From Macrostomum lignano (Eukaryota), in contig NIVC01001852.1 of assembly GCA_002269645.1 (NCBI GenBank), forward strand, positions 1 to 64,000: DNA of 64,000 nucleotides. Reading direction: 5' to 3'. The notes beneath the pieces are model-generated. The model was not told where the DNA came from. It saw only the letters and a list, made by a program, of their open reading frames with translations, and searched no databases. Both the position numbers and the translations under genes were made by a program. Each line of letters begins with the position of its first letter. The stretch's first letter is position 1. Below are positions 53,073 to 64,000 of this stretch, one piece after another.

Positions 53073-54819
53073 ATGCGACCCGCAGGAAAAATTGCTGCTC
53101 CAGATTCTGCTTCAAAGTCTCCTTGGCTGCAGGATCCGCATCAAGAATCTCGTGCTTCCGCGGCTAATCCGTGGATGGCGGAGCAAAAACGGAAAGGGGA
53201 AAATATCGTGTTGATTCGAACAATCTCAAAGCAAAACAGGCACAAAACGTTGCCGCCAAGAGATGCCATCAGTTTTCTGAGCAGGCCTTCCTACTCACCT
53301 GCTGCTTTGATTTGATTCCGTGATTGACAAGGCTCACGATTTTTAAATCTATTCACAATTGCAGCGATCTACGCTCCCAGTTGTTTGTAAACAGCAATGC
53401 CAGTGCTCTGCCGTTGGATGTGAAGGACGACTCTTGAAAGAGAGAAAAAACAAGACTTGGGGAAATCGCAAAGAAAAGCAAAAATTTCCCGTGCTTTGCC
53501 GGCAAAAGAGACAATGCCTGCCGAATATCAAGAAAGTGCCAAACATGCTGGCACGCGATTATCTTTGTTGTGTTTTCTTCTCGGAGTATTTATAGCTTTT
53601 TCTATTATCTTCTGTCTAGGTCACCTTACGGTATTGAATTTTCCGTGTCTCTACATCTACATCTCTACTCCATCCCATCCCGTTCGCTACATCTCCCTCT
53701 TCCTCTTCACTCTCTCCTGCCTCTCTCCACCTTCATTCTCTCTACTCTCTCCAAATTATGTGAATTTATCCCTCCATTCTCGCTAACCTCTTCCTCTCTT
53801 TCTCCACTTTTCCTCTACCTCTCTCTCTCTCTCTCCCTCTCTACTCCCCCTCTACCCCTACCTCTCCCTCTCCACTCCCATTTTACCCCCATCTTCCTCT
53901 CCACTGCCCATTTACCACTCCCTCTCTACCTCTTCCTCTGCACTCCGTCTACCTCTCCCTCTCTGCTCCTCTGCTTCCGTCCGCAGTCATATCAGCAATC
54001 CGACACACCCACCCGCCAGCTCCATGATAGCTATGAGTGACACAGCACGCCTGTCAATAAACCCATTTTTGGAACAGTAAAAACAGTAACTGGCTACACA
54101 GTACACGTCTCCCCATTTCCCCAGTCAGACATTTGTTTGACAGGGCCAATGCCGAAACCAGTAACTGACGCTTGACCTCTGTTGCCCCTCGACTTCTATT
54201 GTTTTTATTTGTCAAGTTTTGTTAGTTTTTTGTTGCCAAGCCGGTAAGTAACTCCGCGATCTATGCAATACGGAGCCAAGACTGCCGCTCCGCTCCTGAA
54301 TTTCGGATGGATAGTCAAAAGACTCTGTGGGTCACCAAATGTGTAAGAATATTAAACAGTTACTGGAATAGACAAGTGATTTCTTACGAACAGCTGCAAA
54401 TTATTTCTGCATGCAACATCATCAATTGCTAAGTGCCTCAACAGCGAATCGTTTAACTCCTTGATAATTAGCGCTGACAGAGCAGGCCCTCGCCTCAACA
54501 AGCTGCCCGGTGGGGGCGCCATCATTGACCAAGGCGGTAAAAGGCATCGGGCATGATCTTGGCAGACTGGAGACCCTTTGTTTCCTACTGACGCCACTGC
54601 GGAGCTCTCGCCGCTTCAGGCACCTGGCTGGCTGACCAGAGACTGCGCGACCCGCTGGTAACTCTGTCAGCTGTTCGTCTGCTGCCTGCCGCAGCTGACT
54701 GTCTATGTTGGGGACTGCAGGGCGATGCATTATGGCTTGACTGCTTGAAATTTATTATGCTCTATCGTGACTAACCAGACCGGTTTGAGGTATCCCTGGG
54801 AATATACAGTAGCAGTATA

Positions 54820-55695
<876 letters not shown>

Positions 55696-56365
55696 AAGAC
55701 ACAGATGCAGGCACAATTGCTGATAATAGGTCCCGCTAAGCAAGGTGAACTGTGCAATAATTGGGATTCAGACGCGTCACCCCTTCAATCCGATTCATCC
55801 ATTAGCAAGCCTTTGTATTTGAAAAGCAAGATAAGAAAGTTACAACTGCAAATATCGGCAACAATGAGCATCCATCTAAAGTTAACGCTAGGCCACCTTT
55901 TGTCAGGTCACCCTGGCTGAGCAACATGCAGTTGAAAGTGGCTGACAGACCGCATCAATCACACCAGCAGGTAACTGTGCAGCCACCCTGGCACTTAACG
56001 CCTGGCTGCACATTAACCCCTTTTATTGCGCGTCACATATCGATAAAGAAGAAGACAGGCAAATAGAAGGAAACGCGTTAAAAACTTGAAGAAGCACAAA
56101 AATCAAGCCTGCTTTTGCTGCGGCTTTAAACAGTGACAGATAAAAACTGACGCACAATGTTTGATCAGGCTGTGAATCAGCGTTTAGGTGAAAATAGGCG
56201 AAGCTGAAACTACGCGTAATCTACTAATGGACTTCCCCACCATGGAGTTTTAAAGCTGGAGTACCAACGGATACTCCCGAGTCCACTCCCTTCCACTCCC
56301 GAGTCTGAAATGCCAATGGCTGGATCAACTATGCATCAGCGAAATAACATATTGTTAGCAGCAGT

Positions 56366-56427
56366 ATAGACAGACAGACAGACACTAAGACAGACAGACA
56401 GATGCTAAGATAGACAGACAGATGCTA

Positions 56428-56458
<31 letters not shown>

Positions 56459-56635
56459 AAGACACTAAGACAGACAGACAAACACGAAGACAGACAGACA
56501 GACAGACACTAAGACAGACAGAAAGACACTAAGACAGACAGACAAACACGAAGACAGACAGACAGACAGACACTAAGATAGACAGACAGACACTAAGACA
56601 GACAGACAGATGCTAAGATAGACAGACAGATGCTA

Positions 56636-56666
<31 letters not shown>

Positions 56667-56887
56667 AAGACACTAAGACAGACAGACAAACACGAAGACA
56701 GACAGACAGACAGACACTAAGACAGACAGAAAGACACTAAGACAGACAGACAAACACGAAGACAGACAGACAGACAGACACTAAGATAGACAGACAAACA
56801 CGAAGACAGACAGACAGACACTAAGATAGACAGACAGACAAACACGAAGACAGACAGACAGACACTAAGATAGACAGACAGACACTA

Positions 56888-56932
<45 letters not shown>

Positions 56933-57030
56933 CGAAGACAGACACTAAGATAGACAGACAGACACACTAAGATAGACAGACAGACAGACAGAAAGACACT
57001 AAGACCGACAGACAAGCAGAGAGACATCAG
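56366..57030. repeat. (GACA)n compound microsatellite with CTAAGA/ACACGAA interruptions
   Basis: Direct reading. Confidence 0.93.
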
Positions 57031-60000
57031 AAGAGACACTTGGTCAGTAATAACATGATAAAATTAGCCCTTAGCAGCGAGGAGAAATCCAGGAAAAAGG
57101 CATCGAGTAAAAATCAGCACAAAGCCAGTAGTCAGGAGCGCATGCATGGCGACGCCTGGAGGCTACATAGTAAATGAAAGATTGCCAGGCCCAGATAAGA
57201 GAGAACCAGCTGGAGACTGCATGCAGGCTCGCCACTCGCCCCTTGAGAGGAAGCGAAGTGACCAGCAGCCAGCCGCAATGCCCCAACCCCGCCACCTCTT
57301 CGGCCGCTATACAAAAACCGAAAGCGTCGAAATTTGGGAGGCAGAGCGCGCGGGAAAATTTAATTTAATAATAATATATAAAACCCCGGCTTCCTCAGTA
57401 TAGGGAGCTGGCTACCACCGTGAGCTTAACACGCAGGGGTTGGAGGGCGAGTGAGGATGTAATAATACGACAAGGCGAGATCCTCGAGTTAGATTATACG
57501 GCCAACCAATGTCAGATGTGATTACCGCGACTAAAAATCTAAATAGTGAGGAGAGGCCCTCCCAACTCCCATCTCTCTCGTTGACTATAGCTGCGCGAGG
57601 GATCCTATCCCAGCGGTGGGAGGTTCGCACTTCCTAAACCTTCCCTTAATATTATCCCGCGAAATATCGTGGTCCCCGCTTTTTGGAGCCGCGAGCTCGA
57701 GGCATCGTGTGCTCGCGCGGGGCCGCTTTAATGCAATTTCTCCTGCCGTGCTCACACAAAGCGGAGACTCACGCAGCTTTATTTATTATCCTACCGGCTT
57801 GCTGAATATGCGCGGCAAGCCATCCCGGAAATCGAGAGGCACTGAAGCTATAAATTGCAGCAGCAGTACCCACCGTAAAAAATATACAATTATTAGCGAG
57901 CAGAGCTTATAGATTATGAAGTAAAAACAACACCATGTTTCCTGCTATAAGAGAGATCGGTGCAGCAGTATAGCTGAGGACACTTTAATGACCCGCTGAG
58001 CTGGTAGTGACAGAGACTACATTCTGTCTGCCTTAATCCCCGCCTGACCTAGTCATCATAGCTAATATCTGGCTAATCCATCAAAGCCCCTACATAGCAT
58101 CTGCCCGCGTAAAAGTTGAAAATAACTTCAGTAGCTTTTGCAAGCTCGTGTATTGCATGTACATACTCGTACTGCACGACAACTTCCAGGGCCAATGTAC
58201 GTCCAGGAGACTCAGCGACGGGGGTCGTTCTCTGTCCACCCTCCTTTCAGTTTGAAAGATAAATGATGAATAATAAGTCGAGTCTGGAAATCTCTAAGCC
58301 GATGTTAACACTGTCACAGATAGGAAGGAAAGAACATACATTAAATACGCATCCCCTATCCACTTGAATATCCATTTCTGTTCCAAGAAAGAAATACTAG
58401 ACTGAGAAATAAGCCGGCAGAATTCTAGTTTATAAGATAACATCTCCGCTATGGCCCCGATCAGGCCTGCGCGCCACCATATGGACAAGTATTTGTCCGG
58501 GTCGGGCGGCAGGCTAAATGTAAACTTAGGGAGCCAAAAAGCTGCAACTGGGAATGATTTTTTTTATAATCCCACGCCCGCCCGCCCAGCCAGTTATGTT
58601 TACACAGTGCGAGCTAGATGATAAATGTAATCCGCAGCGCAGATTTACATATATATCCTACTACTGCTAAGCTAGTTAACATGACCATCATCAGTTTCCA
58701 AAGAGCACACATATGCATACACCTATCGCTTTCTGACTTTGCTGCTGATGTAGCGCGCTTCAAGTTTTGATAAAGAGATTACGCGTCTTCTAATGCGCTA
58801 AATTTATTATTTAACCAAGAAAAAACTATCCCCACTAGACTACTGAACAAAACTGTTAAGTAGGTAGGTAGCGCAAATAGCAGCTACAATCTACGATCGG
58901 TTAGTCTTACACAATAATACATCTGCCGCAAATTGTATTTCACCCAAACTGGCGCAGTTAAAATGAAAGTTAAAACACTGTTGTTGCTAAAAAGCATTTT
59001 TACAACAATAAATATGCCAGTAAAAATAACTGTCACATAGTATACAATGATATAATTATATATCTCAATAGCGTAACAATAGGTTTCAGAATTTTTGCTC
59101 CAACGCTAAACAAGGTTCCGCATGAAAATGCCAATATTAGAATAAGGAAGATGCCAGAATTATGAAGACTTAGTAGACGAAGAAATGAAAAAAAGGAATG
59201 CCACACTGACAGAGACGTCAGCAATGCTGGGTAAGTGAAGTACAGTATAAAAGTAGAATTTAATTTAAAAAGCTTTAATAAAACATTATAAGATTTGTTC
59301 AGAAATATTTTGTTTTATTTATCAAGTTCCAATGAAGAATTTCATCGGTAAGAAATATCTAGCTATAAGGATTATAAGGATAAAGGTGAGCTTTTATTAA
59401 TAATATATACGAGTACTATTGTACTATTATGATTACAACATAAATTGAACACAGACCGGTAGACACAATGCCACGAGTATCAAATTGAGTTTTGCCATCA
59501 ATAATCTTATAATTTTTCGAATTCTTAGGACCATTAGACTTTACCGATGAAAAACGATACCTAGGCCAAGAAACGACCCAGAGTCACTTGTGTCAATCCA
59601 AAGTTGCAGGTAACTCAGGTAAAATAGGAAAGAAGTGACTCTAGAAGACTCTAAAACTACGGGATGTCACGGTACAAGTCGCCAAAAACTTGTCAAAGAA
59701 TCGCCCAAGACTCATTTTGAAGCGTTTTTATTGTCTGCAACCCTGAAACCATTCTGGGATCGCAAGTGACGCTGGAGCCGTACAGTCATATCTGAGTTAG
59801 AATCACTGAATTGCGTCTAAAGTGCATCTAAGTCTGTAAGTAATTCTGACGCCTAGAAAACCTAGATGCAAAAGAATATAAAAATTTAAGAACTAAAACA
59901 GACACACGCATTCGTAAAAATGCACAAAACTATTTGTTATACTGTAGCTAACTTGGCATTATAGTAGTTACAATCAAACAGAACAATTAATTACACAATA

Positions 60001-60194
60001 GAATACGGTATACATGAGAGATTAATTCCGAAAACCAATTAACATAACAAGTGCAAAAAACCAACTATTTTAATTTGATATTGCAAAAACACGCACAACA
60101 AAACTGGTAATAATTAGTAAACATTAACAACATGATTTATAGTAGATAACAATAACAGTCATTTTTAGGGTAATAAGAAAGGGAAAGCAGAATG

Positions 60195-60670
60195 AAGATC
60201 TAGGGCGGTAAATGAGGATCTGGGAGGGTAAATGAGGATCTGGGAGGGTAAATGAGGATCTGGGAGGTTAAATGAGAATATGAGAGGATAAATTAGGATC
60301 TGGGAGGGTAAATGAGGATCTGGGCGGAAAAATGATGATCTGGGAGGGTAAATGAGGATCTGGGAGGTTAAATGAGGATTTGGGAGGGTAAATAAGGATT
60401 TGGAATGATAAATGAGGATCTGGAAGGGTAAATGAGGATCTGGGCGGATAAATGAGGATCTGGGAGGGTAAATAAGGATCTGGGAGGGTAAATGAGGATT
60501 TGGAATGATAAATGAGGATTTGGGAGGGTAAATGAGGATCTGGGAGGGTAAATGAGGATCTGGGAGGGTAAATGAGGATCTGAGAGGGTAAATGAGGATC
60601 TGGGAGGTTAAATGAGAATATGGGAGGATAAATGAGGATCTGTAAGGATAAATGGGGATCTGAGAGGGCA
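60195..60670. repeat. 20-bp minisatellite (GAGGGTAAATGAGGATCTGG)
   Basis: Tandem copies. Confidence 0.92.
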
Positions 60671-60805
60671 AATGAGTTAAAGAGTAAAAAAAGATCTGCA
60701 AGCATAACTGGGAATCTTATGATAGGCCATTGATGGTAAAAGACCTGACTAATTGCGCATCTCAATTGCAATCCAGGCATCTCAACGGCCGACATCTCTA
60801 ATGCC

Positions 60806-61092
60806 CTACAGTTGCACTAGTCGAAATCCTAGCCCAGTATCCAGAGCGGCGGGCGGGCACAGGCGCATTCTCAGGCGTCGGACGGCGTTGCACAGCGGAC
60901 TGACCAGACGGAGCGACGGCGCCCTGAGCAGAGGGCAACTCGCTGTGAGTGCCGGCAGCAGGCAGCGGCAGGGCCTGGGCAGAGCCGAGTCCCAGAATTG
61001 TCGGGCGCCAGACTGGCTTGGCCGGGTCAGCTTGAAGTCCACCCAGGCTCGGGACACCGCGTATTGGAGACCGAGTCTGCCCGGTCGCTTGC
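60806..61092 (-). CDS. TMEM168: TMEM168 ortholog, terminal exon
   Basis: YAVSRAWVDFKLTRPS..RRLRMRLCPPAALDTGLGFRLVQL* matches the TMEM168 C-terminus (VSKRWSDYTL..VLDTGQGFKLVKS); acceptor CCGCAG|GC (phase 1). Confidence 0.88.
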
Positions 61093-61244
61093 CTGCGGCG
61101 GGGGAGAGAGCGGCGCCTGACTTGTGAAGGTCTGGGATGCTTATTGTGGATGTTGGAGGCTTAATGGGAGTCTGAGGATTTGGGAGAACAAATACGGAGA
61201 TTGATGAAAATAAGCTATTCTCTATGAGGATTCGGTAGGGTAGA

Positions 61245-61755
61245 TGGAGATCTGGGAGGGTAAATGGGAGGGCAAACAGAAATTTGGGAGGGCAAATGGG
61301 GTTCTAGAAGGGTAAATGGGGATCTGAGAGGGTAAGTAGGGATCTAGGAGGGTAAATGGGGATCTGGGAGGGTAAGTGGGGATCTAGGAGGGTAAATGGG
61401 GATCTGGGAGGGTAAGTGGGGATCTAGGAGGGTAAGTGAGGATCTAGGAGGGTAAATGGGGATCTGGGAGGGTAAGTGGGGATCTGGGAGGGTAAATGGG
61501 GATCAGAGAGGGTAAATGGGGATCTGGGAGGGTAAGTGGGGATCTGGGAGGGTAAATGGGGATCAGAGAGGGTAAATGGGGATCTGGGAGGGTAAGTGGG
61601 GATCTAGGAGGGTAAATGGGATCTAGAAGGGTAAATGAGAGGACAAACGGGAATCAGGGAGGGCAAATGGGGATAAATGATAAATGGGATCTAGAAGGGT
61701 AAATGAGAGGACAAACGGGAATCAGGGAGGGCAAATGGGGATCTGGGAAGGTAAA
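61245..61755. repeat. 20-bp minisatellite (GAGGGTAAATGGGGATCTGG) in a TMEM168 intron
   Basis: Tandem copies, close relative of the 60195-60670 array. Confidence 0.92.
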
Positions 61756-61865
61756 CTAGACAGTGGCTTCCCATAGTTGAAATGGGGAGCTGAGATTGGG
61801 AAATGTATCCAGAGCGTTAGAACTAGAATTCGGAGAATGTGAACACAAACTTCTATAAGTCTCAC

Positions 61866-62386
61866 CAGTCTTAGCGGCCCGCAGCAGCTCCTGCTGTTGA
61901 GCAGCCGCCTGCTCGCATTCGCTAGTAAACAATTTAGTAAACTCTTCCAACTGTCCGTTGTGAGTCTGCAAGGCCAGACAGACATTCCTAGGCAGACTGC
62001 GCACTGCCGACAGCCACCGGTGCCCATTGGACGAGTCCACAACCAGCAGCAGGCGGCTCTCGTCTCCGCGACCTTCTTCGTCATCGGAGGCAGACGCGGA
62101 ATCTTCCGAAGCCGTGGCCGCTTCTCTCCACAATTGCAGCAGAGCCTCCAGGCCCAGACAGGCGCCGCCAAAGAAGGCCCAGGCGCCGGCCGAGTCAGTC
62201 GGTCCGCAATAGTACACAACGTACGTATCGTAGCGCTGCTTGTCTGGCGTGCGTTGACAGAAAAATTGGCGCAATTTTTGTTGAACTAAATCGCGAGATA
62301 AACCGGAACTGTTCAAATCGCAGCCGAAGCTGGTTAATAGATGGCTGCTGAAGAAGTACTGGATGCTGTCCAGCTGACGGGTGCAC
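61866..62386 (-). CDS. TMEM168: TMEM168 ortholog, penultimate exon
   Basis: LDSIQYFFSSHLLTSFGCDLNSSGLS..YDTYVVYYCG..GAWAFFGG..LWRE..RLLLVVDS aligns with recalled human TMEM168; acceptor TTTCCAG|G, donor G|GTGAGA. Confidence 0.9.
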
Positions 62387-62579
62387 CTGGAAAGTAGGCG
62401 CGTTTCTTAGAAGTATTTGAAATAGCGATTTCCTGGAAATGCTCAGAAGCCGGTTAAATAAACTGTTCCACGTTTGGGCGATTTTTATCAGAAATGGGTT
62501 CGTAGCGATTCTTAAAAGCATTTTAGCTTTATTGAGGAATTTCTATAGTTCAGGGAAATGTTTTATAAACTGGCTAGAC

Positions 62580-62945
62580 TGATTCCTAGAAAACATCAAC
62601 GGGAGATTCTAGAACGGCTTCTTCAACGCTTAGATCTAAGAAGCCGTTTCTGTCTCATTCTTAAAAACTGCATTTGAGTGTCTTATAAAAATTTCTCTGA
62701 TTCTTAGCTGTACTTGTGTGATTCTTAGAAAAAAATGCTTGATTTTTAGAAATCGTAATTGTGTCTTGGAAATTTTTTTCTTAGAAGCTTCATCTGTGAT
62801 TCTTGGAAACGTTCTCCGATTCTTAGAAACTTTTCTCTGATTCTTGGAAGCTGTTCAAGTGTGATTCTTGGAAAATGTTGCTGAATGATTCTTAGAAACT
62901 GTTCTCCGATTCTTAGAAGCTGTTCTGGTGTGATTCTTGGAAAAA
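62580..62945. repeat. Degenerate GATTCTT(A/G)GAAA repeat in a TMEM168 intron
   Basis: Many imperfect copies. Confidence 0.7.
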
Positions 62946-63009
62946 CTTTTACTGTGCAAGTCTTGGTTTAACAATCAAGTACAAAAGCATAAAAATACAT
63001 CCCACAAAC

Positions 63010-64000
63010 CTTGCCAGCTGTTCCCGATGAGCAGTCGGACTCTGCAGCAGCACCACAGTACTGCCGCTGCCGCCACCGCCTCCGACATTGTTGAAAAAGC
63101 CAGTGCTAGCACCAGGGGGCAGTTCGGGACTAACCAAACCGTAGGCTAGACAGGTACCGCCAATGCATTCGGTCAGTCTGGTGCAAGTGGCCAACAGCAC
63201 GGCATCGCAGGAGATTCCAATAGCTAGCAGAGCTAGAGAAGCTGAAGATCGAGTCTCCCAGGTCAGACAGACTAACAGACAGCTGGATGATAAGCTAAGC
63301 CATAGCAGTCTGCAGCCTAACTGTGCCAAGTATCTGAGTCCGCGAGCTGCCAACAGTGCTGGTGCCGACTGAGCAGTGGGCTTCGACTCAAACTGTCTAA
63401 ACAGCCGGCACAATCGCCTAGTGAACTGGTGCAACAGTAACAGTCGGGCTAGGTGGAATGCAAGATAAGGACAAGCCGACACAGCGTAGAATGGCAGCAT
63501 GAGCACGTGCTGAGGATGAGCCACAACAACTGTAGCTCCAATCGCTAGAGCTGATATATCCAAGCACAGCAGCATCGCGTACACAATATGATGCAAAAAC
63601 CAACGCTGCCAAGCCGACCACCACAGTTCTACAACTGAAGCCGATCCGGAATCTAACAGAGCGGCGCCCAGCTGCCTATACAGATACATTAGTAGCGGAG
63701 TTAAACTAGCGTGCAGCTGAATCGAATGCAATAGATAGACGCAGGCCGCAGATAATAGCAGAGCATTAGCCACCGCTAGCCAAGAGCGCAGCCGCAATAA
63801 AACAATAGTTAAGCACAGGCAAGCGTTAAACAGAGCCAATTCCCACCAATGCGATTGTTCAATTAAAGATATTGAGAATCCAATCTGTTCCCACAGTTCC
63901 TGTTTGCTTAGTAGGCTGCCGTATTGCGAGCTGCCGCTGTCCCTACCGGTCCCAATCGCCTCCCCGATGAGTCCTTCGCTGCCATCGGCTGCGGTTAGAT
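63010..64000 (-). CDS. TMEM168: TMEM168 ortholog, multi-pass transmembrane exon (5' end outside the window)
   Basis: Frame open to the window edge; hydrophobic helices and motifs LLAARGLRYL, CIGGTCLAYGLVSP match TMEM168 (IMASKGMRHF, CLGGTSVGYAIVIP); donor AG|GTTTGT at 63009. Confidence 0.88.

Noticed and set aside
54352-54730. Overlapping minus-strand ORFs with protein-like composition
   Set aside because: Short, stop-bounded, no domain, and no convincing splice partners

Overview
Repeat-rich eukaryotic (invertebrate) genomic window. The density of 20-24 bp minisatellites resembles a Macrostomum-type flatworm, but the organism is an inference. It contains three spliced protein-coding genes. 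(1) A + strand RING/TRAF-zinc-finger gene of 4 exons (6278-10022, 337 aa, no MATH domain, extra C-terminal Cys/His cluster). (2) A - strand Islet-class LIM-homeobox gene: 4 internal exons resolved between 25018 and 14372, first and last exons unresolved. (3) The 3' part of a - strand TMEM168 ortholog (60806 to beyond the window end). An intact Ty3/Gypsy (Mag-like) LTR retrotransposon lies at 30952-35564, with identical 199-bp LTRs, a CCTGC target-site duplication and one 1362-aa gag-pol ORF. There is also a degenerate tRNA-derived SINE-like element and more than 30 micro/minisatellite arrays. Most long ORFs in the track are repeat artefacts. The most unusual observations are: six unrelated 22-25 bp arrays sharing a GGCGCC core (one bracketed by a 10-bp inverted repeat), other core motifs shared between arrays, an intronic cluster of seven TCAAGGTCA sites with a 26-bp perfect inverted repeat, a dispersed ~80-bp repeat core, and a three-way-junction sequence with alternative pairings. 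No single new system is proven from sequence alone.
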